From Basidiobolus meristosporus CBS 931.73 (lineage: Eukaryota > Fungi > Basidiobolomycota), in assembly GCA_002104905.1 (NCBI GenBank), contig MCFE01000233.1:1-64000 (forward strand): 64,000 bases of DNA, given 5' to 3'. Of the stretch, positions 27,098-38,396 are shown in pieces. Below the pieces are notes generated by a model. It was not told the origin of the DNA and ran no database searches. It worked only from the letters and a program-made list of their open reading frames with translations. Position 1 is the stretch's first letter. Each line of letters starts with the position of its first letter. The position numbers and the translations under genes were made by a program.

Positions 27098-27440
27098 TAT
27101 GGTGTATTACTGACTGTACTTTGTGAATGGGAGAGCTTGTAGGTCAAGTCAGTACCACTTGGCTCAGAATTACTTCCAATAGAAGGTAGCAAGCTGATAC
27201 AGACTTGTATTTATTCCGTCCAAATCTTCCTGTCCTCTCCCTTGGTTCAATTGGATAGATATATATATATCACTTGGGGGGCTTAGATAATAGACAATGT
27301 GCTATAAAATAAGGGTTTGCACACCTTCCTGTTATGGTAACTGCTCTAATTAGATAAGGGCAGGGATAGGAGGAAGGACATGTGGGGGAATCACAGGGAG
27401 GATACTGGGGGACTTTGGATAGGACTCTGGGGAGAGCTCT
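27098..27440 (-). repeat. Truncated, older copy of the family B LTR
   Basis: Matches the first ~340 bp of 27988-28372 with several substitutions. Confidence 0.8.
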
Positions 27441-27789
27441 TTTGGTTGGTTCTAGTTCAACAAATTGGGTTGGAGATCCAAAAATTTAAAAATATTTTCA
27501 TCTATCCGAGAAAAGAATTTGGTTGGTTCTAGTTTAACAACTTAGGGGTTGGGAATCCAAAAGTTTGAGAAATATTTTCATCTATCCGAGAAAAAAATTT
27601 GGTTGGTTCTAGTTTAACAAATTGGGTTGGAGATCCAAAAATTTAAAAATATTTTCATCTATCCGAGAAAAAAATTTGGTTGGTTCTAGTTTAACAACTT
27701 AGGGGTTGGGAATCCAAAAGTTTGAAAAATATTTTCATCTATCCGAGAAAACTTTTTTGGTTGGTTCTAGTTTAACAATTTAGGGTTAG
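27441..27789. repeat. Tandem array of alternating 77/80-bp units (A-B-A-B plus a partial unit; ~157-bp dimer)
   Basis: Unit starts TTTGGTTGGTTCTAGTT at 27441, 27518, 27598, 27675 and 27756; A has ATTGGGTTGGAGATCC, B has CTTAGGGGTTGGGAATCC. Confidence 0.9.
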
Positions 27790-27987
27790 TCAGACTTTTT
27801 TCTTGTTGCTTTTACCTGTTGTTGTGCATCAGCATTTAAAACTTGGCAAATTTCACTCTGTTAGAAAATCTAGTACCATTACTGATTTTCCTTAACCCAA
27901 ACATAACTAATCCCTGTTATGGTTGATTTTATCACTTCTCAGAATCTATTTTTAGCTGTCACACCTGATCAATATTCATGTGGTCAT

Positions 27988-28372
27988 TGTGGGTTATTAC
28001 TGACTGTACTTGGTGAGTGGGAGAGCTTGTAGGTCAAGTCAGTACCACTTGGTTCAGAATAGCTTCCGATAGAAGGTAGCAAGGTAATAAAGACTTCTGT
28101 TTATTTTGTCCAAATCTCGTTGTTCTTCCTGGTTCAATTGGGTAGATATATATATCACTTGGGGGCTTAGACAATAGACAATGTGTTATAAAATAGGGGT
28201 GTGAACACCTTCCTGTTATGGTAAGTGTTCTAACTAGATAAGGGCAGGGATAGGAGGGGAGGACGCGTGGGGGAATCATAGGGAGGGTACTGGAGGACTT
28301 TGGGTAGGACTCTGGAGGGAACTCTTGGGAGAACTCTTGGGCAAAGAGTGGGTACTATATTGAGTACTCACA
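27988..28372 (-). repeat. 3' LTR, family B
   Basis: TGTGGG...CTCACA imperfect inverted termini; direct repeat of 34353-34738. Confidence 0.9.
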
Positions 28373-28416
28373 TATCCCGGGGGTTAAGTGGGAGCTTTGT
28401 CCTCAAAGTTCTTTGA

Positions 28417-29610
28417 CTAACTTGCTTCTCCAGGATTGATTCTGTTTACGGAGCATGGGGAGTCACCGTAGTACCATTGCTGGTTGTCACTTGCGAGGGG
28501 ATCGCAGGCGAGTACCTGATACCATTTGGTGGCAGAGTGGGGTGCGGCCTGTGTTGCTCGAGGGATGTTTTCCACAGAGCCAAATAGTTGGCAAACCATA
28601 GGGTTCTGGGTAAGTTCCTCGGGAGGGTCAGAGAACGAGAAAAGGTGCAATAGCGCAATAAAGTCTTGCTTCTTTATCTTGCAAACGTTATTGGGGCTTG
28701 TCCTTTTTGTGTTCAATATGACGGCGGGGGACCTTTTGAAGAGGGCGTACACTCGGTTGGCAGTCACCTGTTATTGATAACAAGTTTTTGCTTCTTCCGA
28801 GACATATTGTAGTTCTTCCGTAGAAACTGTGGCGCGATTGAGGCGCTTTTGTACTTGCCTCATGGTTTCTACAGAATCCGCAGCGGTTTCTTCGGCTTCT
28901 TGGAGTTGGACTTCGTACTGATTCCTGAGTTGTCCTATGGTAAACCACTGTAATAGTTGTAACACAGCAACTCGGTGGATTGCATGGGTTAACTGGCCGG
29001 TGTATTTAATCCGTTTGCGTATCTTCTCTAAGATGGTTCCTTCTTGGAAATGTGGTTCAAGATGTTCGCAAATTTCTTGGAGGAGTCCTTCAATCGGGAG
29101 TTCTACTTCTGGTGCTCTTGCAGCTTGTACCAGGTCTGCGTATACCTCAACAACCGTGGTACCTATTAATGGCAAGTATGCAACAAAACAGGGGGGCTCT
29201 CGAGGTCTTGTGAGGGCGCAACAGTTGATTCCTTGTGTCTTCTGTCTGACTGTGTCCAGTATGGATACAGGAATCAGCGCGGCGTCCTTCTCCTTAATGA
29301 TCAAGGAACCTCCTCTTAGGTGGTACACGGTCTTCTTGGGTAGTATCTCCATGCTTTGTATTGGCGTGGGTAACTTGTCTCGTCCCTCTCTGATTGTGTC
29401 TTGTATTAGTGTGACTGCTCCAGCAAACGACTCTTCATAGGTGGCTCTCGTCGTACGTAACGCTTGTACCATATCTCTTAACACTTGCAGGTCGGTTTTG
29501 TTTTTGATATCATCTTGGTTCTTGCTAGTGGGAGGGGTATTGCCAGTTTTGGGTGAACTGTTTCCTTTGGCGCCTTCCATATGCATTCTTTTGTTCTCCC
29601 CTTTGGGCAA
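28417..29610 (-). pseudogene. ORF3 of family B (~397 codons, one in-frame TAA at 28771-28773), unknown function
   Basis: ORFs 28771-29610 and 28417-28767 are in the same frame (TAT CAA TAA CAG GTG ACT); coiled-coil-like stretch; no hydrophobic leader or TM seen. Confidence 0.6.
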
Positions 29611-29715
29611 ACTCCCTCGCGCATATTATTTGTACCTATATTGACTAAAATCTCCTCTAATAAACTTCGAATGTATCCCGTGTCTTCCTCTATCCTTGTC
29701 CTGATAATCGTTTAA

Positions 29716-32700
29716 TCACACTTTGGTCTCAGTGATGATCGGTGGATCATGATGAAACGGTTTCAGATGGGCTGGCGCTACGTTGCTGATTGTCTTATTA
29801 TTCAGGGTGATGTTGGACTTTGGTCCGTGGTCCGAACTGATAACGGTGCATGGGCCAATCCATCGGGGTGTAAATTGTGGGCGGAACTTGAGGCCTGCAA
29901 CGGTTTGGTTGTACCACACCTTATCGCCTGGTTTCCACTTTCGTCTCGTTTGTTTCTCATTTTTGGGTGGAGGGGGAAGGTGCTTGTTAACATTTTTGAA
30001 TACTTTTATGTATAGGTGGGCGATACGGTGTATCAACCTTTCTATATAGTCGTTATGTGTAGTCAGGGGGACACCTTCCATTGTCAATCCAGCTTCCTCC
30101 CGCCACTTGGGTCTTTGTCCATATAGGATTTCATATGGGGAGAAACCCGTTGTTTTATTTGGTGTGGTGCGCATTGCTAGGAGTGTCAGTGGGAGCAGCT
30201 CGGCCCATGATTGGGGAAGTTCCCAGTGAAGCTTCTCCAGTATGCGGCAACACATCTGGTTCATCCTCTCGGTTAATCCGTTAGTCTGGGGGTGATACGC
30301 GGCCGTGAAGACTTGTTTCACGCCCATCATTTTACACAGGTGGGCCACGGTGTCATTCAGGAAGGAACCACCATTGTTGGACAGGAGTATCTGAGGATAT
30401 CCGTGTTGGCAGATGAGGTGTTCTAGAATGAATTGGGCGGTTGTCTTCTGATCTTTATTGAGGACGGCTTGGGCTTCTACCCACTTTGAAAAATAATTGG
30501 TAGCAATTATTATGTATCATTCTCCTTTCTTTGTTTTCATAAAGGGGCCAACAAAGTTGATCCCTACTCGGTGGAAGGGCAGGTCAACCGGTATTGGTGC
30601 TGTTGTCCCTATCTTCTGACTCCGGTTGAATCTTTTGCAAGTGGTGCATCTTTGTAACGTATTTGTAACATTGGTCATCATTTTTCGCCAATAAAACGTT
30701 TTTCTTAACATCTTATATGTTGTTAGGGGGTTAGCATGTCCTAATGACATATGTCTTTCTTGTATGATTTCTTCACGGGCTGCTAGTGGGGGTACCTTGG
30801 CTCTGGACTGTCATTGGAGGAACCATAGTTGATTTTCTTGTACTTCGTACTGACACCATTTCCTTCGAAATTCTCTCTTCTGTTTGCTTGTAACAATGTG
30901 TTTGGGATACCTCCCTTTCTTTTTAAAGCAGATTACGTCCTCGTACTCATCACTGACATGTATTTGGCAAACAGGATAGCGACTGAGGAAGTCTGCGTCC
31001 TGGTGTTTCTTGCCAGCGTGGTGAATTATTTCAAAGTCGTATTGCTGTAGTTGTAGGGCCCAACGTGCTAGTTGGCCGGTAAAGTCTTTAGTTTTCATCA
31101 GCCAGACTAGTGCGCTGTGGTTCGTTACTATTGTGAATTGGCGACCATGTATGTATGTATGGAATTGTTTAATTGAATAAACAACAGCCAGACATTCTAT
31201 CTTGGTAGCGGGGTAGTGGCGTTCGTGTTTGTTTAGCAAACGGCTCACGTAACCAATTGGGTGGAATTTGCCGGGTTGGTGGTATTGTCCCAGTACGGTG
31301 CCTATACCAGTGAGGCTTCCATCACAGTTAATAAAAAATCTCGCATCCCAATTGGGAAATTGTAACACTGGCGGTGACGTCAGGGAATGTTTCAGCTGAT
31401 CGAATGCTCTCTTTTGAGGCTCTGACCATACAAAACACTGGCCCTTTTGCGTCAATTCGTATAGGGGGGCTGCTATTGTTGCGAAGTTTTTGACAAAGCG
31501 GCAATAGTAGCCGGCTAATCCTAGGAATCCCAACACTGCATTAATGTCCTTTGGTGCAGGTGCATTTTGAACGGCTTTCAGGAGTGACGTAGATGGGTAT
31601 ATTCCATCTGCCGAGATCTTATGGCCCAGGAACAACAATTTTGTATACAGGAAATGGCACTTCTTGGGATGTAGTTTGAGTTGGTTCTCAAGGAGTGATG
31701 TCAGGATACATTGCACATTGTGTATATGTTCTTCTACATTGGGGGAATATATTGTGATGTTGTCCAGATACACAAGGGCGCATTCCCATTGTAGATTTCC
31801 TAGCACCTTGTTGATCATCCTTTGGAATGTAGCGGGGGCATTGCACAAGCCAAAGGGTAGTCGGTTCCATTTGTATAATCCAAACAATGTTATAAAAGCG
31901 GTTTTGGGTCAATCTTCCGGGGCTACTTCTACTTGCCAATACCTGGAGATTAAGTCAAGAGAGCTAAAATATTTAGCTCCGATTAATCTGTCCAAGAGGT
32001 CGTCTATTTGCGGTAGCGGATACACGTCCTTCCAGGTGACGGCGTTCAATTTCTGGTAGTCAATGCAAAAGCGTCGCTTTCCGTCTTTCTTTGGGACTAT
32101 CACTACGGGGGAGGCCCACGGAGACTGGCTCTCTGTAATGATGTCGTCTTTTAATAAAGTTTCAATCGTCTCTTTGATATAGTCTGTGTCAATTTTCAAA
32201 TTCCTATAGGCTTTTTGCTTGATGGGGTATTTGTTGGCGTGGTGGATTTGGTGATATACCCCAGGTATATGACCAATTACTTGGTTCTTAGAGAATACTC
32301 GGGCAAGCGGACGTATTCCTTCTAGGAATTTGTCTTGTAACGTAGGTGGTAGACCAGGGTCCACATCTAGTTTGGGGAGTTCTTCTTCTGGTTCTTTGTT
32401 TGGAGGTGGTCCTTGGTCATTTCTGTTGACTTCCTCTAAGTTTAACAATGGCACTCCTCTAGGCAATGTCACCGTGTGTTGCCCGTTGTTAACCACTAAG
32501 CATTTCAGGCTTTGCGTTTCAAATTTCGGTGGTATCCATACTTTAGGGATCAAGATTCCTTCCAGTTGCTTGGATGCTTTTGCTTGTTGAATACGCTATT
32601 GGTGTTTCTAATGAGATCACCGTCTCACTGACGGGTGGTATTTTTATCACCTTTCGTGTGATGATCAGAGACTGCGACGGTTTCACCTCTTCAATTGTCA

Positions 32701-33440
32701 CACTGTTGCTACGCGCCTTGCTCTCATCGGTGATATGAATCAGTGGGATACTCTTGGTATCCCACCTGAGTTCAGATGCACTGTAAAGTATATCCATCTT
32801 ATGTTGGATAAACCAACTCTCGCCAATGAGTAAGTCGTTGGCTGTGACGGGTAGGACCACGACATCTTGGCGTATTATCAAGTTGCCTAGCCAAATGGGG
32901 CAATTAGGCACCACACCTACCGTTGTATCCAGTTGGTCATTCGCTAGCCGTACTTGAATGGTGTCGTTGGGGACTATATTTAGTTTTAGACGTTTCGCTA
33001 ATGACTCTGACATGATCAACGTAGAGGATCCTGTGTCGATAAGGGCAAGAATCTCCTTATTCTCTATACGTACCTTTACGTATGTACCTTTATTCAGTTT
33101 TTGCAGGACCGTCTGGTTGACATGGAGGGTCGTTATCTCCTTCAATCCCTCTATCAGTTCCTTGACTAGAGCCAGGGCCAGTCCCAGTAAATTGGTTATT
33201 GGGAGGGTTGCCTTGGTTTGCTCTAGTACCTTCATTATGGGGAATAGGCCATGGGAAGACGTGCTAGCGTTCTTTGTTTGCTTTAACACTTCTTCCCAAG
33301 GTTCATTCCGTACTTCTTCACCTAATTCTGCGCTCTTTCCTTTTGACAGAACCTCTACTACAGGTTCCTTTGCCTCCTCTCTAGAAGCATCATGTCAACG
33401 CTTCTTCTTCCGCACTTTGATTGTCCTGACCGGAGGGCTT
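29716..33440 (-). pseudogene. pol of family B (protease, RT, RNase H, integrase), inactivated
   Basis: In-frame TGA stops, a frameshift near 32550, and Asp-to-Asn changes in YLDNI, GINF, ATNYF and LSNNG. Confidence 0.9.
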
Positions 33441-34311
33441 AGATTGACTGAGTCCCGTTGGCCTCCTGGCGAGGGACTCTGTCTTTTGACGCCTTCTTCT
33501 CTTTTGTGTCCGGTACGGCTTCTCTTCCGTACCGTTTTTCACATTCATGGGCCTGGTGACCTACTTCTCCACACACATAACACAGATACTGTTGTCGTGG
33601 TTGTTCCATCTGTTGGGTCAGGACTTGAACCTGGGCCTTTAGATCTACGACAGCTTCCCAGAGTTTATCACCTTCTTTGGGGACTTCTTGGACATTGTTG
33701 ATTGAGAGTTCTTGGACCTTTCGCCGTAATTCCTCTAACTCACGGTCTTTTGGGGAGGCAATTTTTCCTTTCTTACGGGGGATCCCTGTCCTTCGATCAT
33801 TTGTATCACTATAGGGTAGCCCCCATAGCAAGATGACCCCTTGTACTTGTTCGACCAACTCTTGCAACATTTTACATCCCTGTTGTTCTTTGGACGCCCT
33901 ACGTCTTATTTTGTCGTCTAAGCCCATGATGTAATACCTCATGAGCTGTCGTTTGGCAATTTTGTCCTTTGGGAGACATCGAACTTGTTGGAGAAACAGT
34001 TCAGTGTAGGCTTCATAGCTTTCACTGCTTTTCTTCCGCAAGGACAGTAGAAGGGCTTTGTAGTGGTATCCTTGGGCATATAGAAAGCGTGTCTTGTAGG
34101 CTTCTTCTAGTGCATCCCAGTTGTCTTTGACTGCATCTTCCAACCCATAATGCCATCGCCATGCTGACCCTTCCATATGTCTTGCAAACTCTCTTACTTT
34201 CTTATCGTCGTCCCATCCTGCATCAACCGCAACTCTCTCAAACTTATCGAACCACTCAAGGGCTTTCTCTCTCTTTCCCTTGTATGTTTTTAGTTTGATT
34301 GTAGTAGTCAT
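33439..34311 (-). CDS. Gag of family B (retrotransposon capsid plus CCHC knuckle)
   Basis: 290-aa open frame: ALEWFDKFERVAVDAGW...AWRWH, CYVCGEVGHQAHEC. Confidence 0.85.
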   Translation of the reverse strand: MTTTIKLKTYKGKREKALEWFDKFERVAVDAGWDDDKKVREFARHMEGSAWRWHYGLEDAVKDNWDALEEAYKTRFLYAQGYHYKALLLSLRKKSSESYEAYTELFLQQVRCLPKDKIAKRQLMRYYIMGLDDKIRRRASKEQQGCKMLQELVEQVQGVILLWGLPYSDTNDRRTGIPRKKGKIASPKDRELEELRRKVQELSINNVQEVPKEGDKLWEAVVDLKAQVQVLTQQMEQPRQQYLCYVCGEVGHQAHECEKRYGREAVPDTKEKKASKDRVPRQEANGTQSI

Positions 34312-34332
34312 TACCTCACTTGTGCTTATTTC

Positions 34333-34350
34333 CGCAGAGACGGCACCAAA
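34333..34350 (-). other. Primer-binding site of family B, probably tRNA-His
   Basis: Minus strand TGGTGCCGTCTCTGCGG shortly after the LTR end; complementary to a ...GAGACGGCACCA tRNA 3' end, resembling eukaryotic tRNA-His. Confidence 0.6.
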
Positions 34351-34352
34351 TA

Positions 34353-34738
34353 TGTGGGTTATTACTGACTGTACTTGGTGAGTGGGAGAGCTTGTAGGTC
34401 AAGTCAGTACCACTTGGTTCAGAATAGCTTCCGATAGAAGGTAGCAAGGTAATAAAGACTTCTGTTTATTTTGTCCAAATCTTGTTGTTCTTCCTGGTTC
34501 AATTGGGTAGATATATATATCACTTGGGGGGCTTAGACAATAGACAATGTGTTATAAAATAGGGGTGTGAACACCTTCCTGTTATGGTAAGTGTTCTAAC
34601 TAGATAAGGGCAGGGATAGGAGGGGAGGACGCGTGGGGGAATCATAGGGAGGGTACTGGAGGACTTTGGGTAGGACTCTGGAGGGAACTCTTGGGAGAAC
34701 TCTTGGGCAAAGAGTGGGTACTACATTGAGTACTCACA
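34353..34738 (-). repeat. 5' LTR, family B
   Basis: Direct repeat of 27988-28372. Confidence 0.9.
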
Positions 34739-35428
34739 TATCCCAGGGGTTAAGTGGGAGCTTTGTCCTTGAAGTTCTTTGACTAACTTGCTTCTCCAGG
34801 ATCAATTTCGTTTACGGAGCATGGGGAGTCAAGAAGAAGGATGGACACTTAGAATGTGCATTGACTACAGAGTTCTCAACTCAGTTACCGTGAAGAATAA
34901 GTATCCCATACCTTGGATTGATGAGCTTTTGGACCAACTCAATGGAGCCACTATATTCAGCAAGATTGATCTTGTGTCAGAATACAACCAGATTAGAGTG
35001 AAGCCAGAAGATATCCCTAAGACAGCATTCAGGACCAGATATGGACACTACAAGTACTTAGTCATGAGTTTTGGCCTCACCAATGCCCCTGCAACACTCA
35101 TGACTCTGATGCAGACTGTCATCTAGGAGTATGTAGATAAGTCTGTGATAATCCACCTAGATGACATATTGATATACAGCAAGACAGAAGAGGATCACAT
35201 GGTGCACATTGAAAAGGTCTTGAAGAAGCTAAGAGAGAACAAACTAGACTTGTTCTGTTGGATAGTGCCACATAGTGCCATCCTGTTTATGGTGCTGGAT
35301 TGATCTGGCACTCTACGGCACTACTTGGCACCATGACTTCTACCATGATGCCTGTGGTATGATACAGTTACTGGTAATTTTACTCAATCTTACTTATGTT
35401 GCTCAGAATAGTGCTTTCCTAGCTTTAT

Positions 35429-36312
35429 TTACTCTTCATAATGCTCCAGACACATTTCTCTCAGTGGATGTCTTCTTGTATGAACATACTGTGCATTAAT
35501 AAGTATCTTAACTATTTTACCTATTCTGCTGTTTTCTCCTATATATGACTTTCCTCTGTATTTACCTGCCAATATGCTGAATCTCTTCAGATATCCAAAT
35601 GTGTGCTCTACCCTTACTCTGAAATGGTTAAATATCTCATTGTAGAGCTTCTGCTTCCTGCTAAGTACACCATTCCTTGACTTCCTATAAGCTTCAATAC
35701 ATCCTAATCTCTGACAATCCTCTCCTATATAAGCTAAGTCTGCCATACATTTCTCCTCTCTACTGAATTCAGGATGATTCTCTACCCAGAGTGCTTTGTC
35801 ATGCCTACTTCCAGCAAATGGCCCACTAAACCAGATGATGTTACCCTCAATGTCAGACAGTGCTTGAAACTTCACACAGTGTGCCTTGTACTTGCCAGAA
35901 TAAAAGTGCCTCTGCCCTCTAGAAGGTCTGTTAATCCTCACTGGGAAGGTATCCAAAATACTCCTGATATGGAACCTGTTGCTGAACACTCTGGGATATG
36001 GAAGTCTATTGGAGCTTCTGAACCTAGTATTCCAAGCTTGCTCTAAGTCATTCATACCCTCTGCAAGGTGGTTCTCCATTGCTGTCAGCTGGGAATGAAA
36101 GCTTCTAGGACTTTTGTTGCCATGGATGGTGGGATGAAACCTTGTAGGGCAATAGTTCTTGTAATAGCAGAGAAGCTTGACAAGGATCTCCTTGAGTAGA
36201 TTGGGGTTGATGGTCCACAGTACTTGGAATAGATCTCCTCTAGTGTGTCAAAAGGAAATCCAGTGGTAGTGATGGGATTGATGAGAAAAGACCATTCAGA
36301 TGAGTAAGTCAT
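35429..36312 (-). pseudogene. DDE_Tnp_4-like transposase (~295 aa ancestral, one frameshift near 36180)
   Basis: ILDTFPVRINRP, YSGKYKAHCVKFQALSD, GSRHD, MADLAYIG, YNEIFNHFRVRVEHTFGYLKRF; copy 1 reads through the frameshift site (PIYLRRSLVKLL). Confidence 0.85.
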
Positions 36313-36671
36313 ATTAAAATTGGTGGATGATCATATTAAGGCGGTTTGAATCGATTTGGTATGATCCACCTTATTTATCTGATTTTTAATACATTATGGT
36401 TAAATCTCCATCAATTGCCATGTATCCCATCATTATGTTGCAAAAATCATCCGCAAACAATGCCTTGGTACTTTTATGGATGCTTTAATCATAGGTCTTT
36501 AATCTAATAGGAAATCTGCAATTGATGTGATCTGATCCATGTCAACACAATCCAAGATGCATCATGCATAATATATGGAAAATTCAACAATCACATTAGT
36601 TTTCATATATATTTCATATAAGACCAGGTTGATGCCAATATACTGCTGTATAAGTATCCAAATCCGTTGCT

Positions 36672-37401
36672 ATGGTCCCCATACCAAGCCTCAAGTCATC
36701 TTTAGTACAACCCAGACAAAACCCATCCCCCAGCTCACAAGCATGGTCTGGACCGGAAAAGTTGATGTTGGATCCGTTTGAGTTCTTGCCAAATGATTTT
36801 AGTATGGCCCAAGTGTCTATGATGAGCCTTCATACAGATATTTGGGCACTACTGATTAATCTAGCAGAACTAGATACCTCAGAGAGTCAACAAAGATGGA
36901 CAAAGCTCAGTAGAAAGCTGTGGCATGAGTTCTACATCAAGATGCCAGCCAATGTATGTAAAAAGATATATAACAAGACAAGTATTGAAATCAAGAATGA
37001 GCTGAGAGTGAGGGGATTTGACAAAGAAGCCACGCAGGAGCAATTTTGCACACAATTTGCACTGTACAGGCCGGACGCGTCCGTTTGTGCCTCAACTTTG
37101 GGAACCTAAGAGATTTTGCCTCAAATGACTAATGTACTACGTGATATATTAGTAGAGCTAAGTGGCTTCCAAGAGCAATATACGCAGGACTCATCCAGGC
37201 AACAGCTCCAAAGTATCAGACAGAGGGTAAGTGAATACCTTGAGGAGTCAGATGGTGAGCTTCAGGAGGAAGAATACAGACCACAAGCAACATCATCCAG
37301 ATCACGCCAGCACACCTTGCTGGATTCCCTACCATCTCTTGCAACCACAGTGCGCCGGCACATGTCAGTCCAGAGTACGCCAACACCCTTTACCAGTACG
37401 C
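36672..37401 (+). pseudogene. Second ORF of the Harbinger-like element, Myb/SANT(trihelix)-like
   Basis: RWTKLSRKLWHEFYIKMPANVCKKIYNK resembles the W..I...L.......CK.KW Myb/SANT pattern expected for the Harbinger accessory protein; one stop; then interrupted by the LTR-like insert. Confidence 0.55.
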
Positions 37402-38396
37402 TGTAGTGGGGTGAGAGTGACACCCACTGACAGATGTGCTCATTCCCTTATTTTCTACTTCCCTATACATCTACTACACATATTTTAGTTTTATCCCATT
37501 TGTCTTACCCAATCAGTACTATCCCATAAGCCAGTTGACTATCACACCTGCTTACCTTATTGCATAAGTTACCCCTCACTTTATGTAAGATTACTAGCTA
37601 TAAGTACTTCTATATTAGGCAAGTACCCGCGCCAGTACCCGTGACACATGATCAGCTTGTGTCACCATCCCTACCATTTCCATACCATATATGGTATCCC
37701 CATGTTACACAGGTCTCAGAATACTGCTTCCTGATTGGTTGGATGTGCTGTGCCTCTTAGAACCTTCCGGCACCTACTTAGAACATTCTTAGGTCATTCT
37801 GATGTCATTAAGATTTCTATTGATCTCTGGAACCTTCTGGAACACCATGATTAGTAATCACTTAGCCAGTGAGAAAAGTATATAAGGGAGGCTATCCCTC
37901 AACAATAAATCATCATCCCTTTTATCAATATACCAACTTGTTGATTAGTGTGATCACTGCTACCTGCTGCTACCTGAACTTCCAACCCCAGACCACAGGA
38001 CACTCCCAGGAAACCGTGCTGACAGCCAACTGACCTTGGAGGCACTACTTGTGAGGAATACTCAGAGTAGGTATCTTTTATTATATTTGATTCTTTCCTA
38101 AGTTTGTTCTTGTACAGGCAAAGATACTTTTCTGTCTTTGTAACTATTGACCACAGCTGCATTCTTATCAAGTCCCTGCTGGTGGAGTTTACAGTTGTTT
38201 TGACTTTGGAAGCTTTAGTACATTGTCATCTCAAAGGATGCTGAACCCAGCACATACTTTTGTTAAGATGCCAACTAAGTTGGGGATTGTAGCTCAATAG
38301 TTTTCCCTTGACAAGCTTGTGGCTTTATTCCCCTTCACATTAGATTAGAGACAGAACCCAAGTATTCCTAGCAAGCTTTTGCCAGAGGTTATTGCA
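37402..38396. repeat. Orphan ~1 kb LTR-like repeat, copy 2, inside Harbinger-like copy 3
   Basis: TGTAGTGGGG...GGTTATTGCA; homologous to 6516-7522; no clear TSD. Confidence 0.55.

Larger units (their letters stand above)
27988..34738 (-). mobile_element. Ty3/gypsy LTR retrotransposon family B, young, with an extra ORF downstream of pol
   Basis: 385/386-bp LTRs differing by 2 substitutions and 1 indel; gag with CYVCGEVGHQAHEC; LIDTGSS protease; RT, RH, integrase; PBS next to the 5' LTR. Confidence 0.95.

Noticed and set aside
27441-27789. CRISPR-like array
   Set aside because: The units are wholly repeated with no unique spacers, there are no cas genes, and the context is eukaryotic
29716-33440. 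TGA recoding or an alternative genetic code in the gypsy B pol
   Set aside because: Host genes here end in TGA (51624, 51830, 62140), and parallel Asp-to-Asn changes at CpG sites explain the stops as CGA-to-TGA mutations
33400-33520. Programmed -1 frameshift between gag and pol in family B
   Set aside because: The frames overlap in -1, but I found no clear slippery heptamer, and the element has other mutational frameshifts
32958-33701. 247-aa plus-strand ORF (also 28937-29440)
   Set aside because: Antisense shadows of gag-pol and ORF3; low-complexity translation with no independent support
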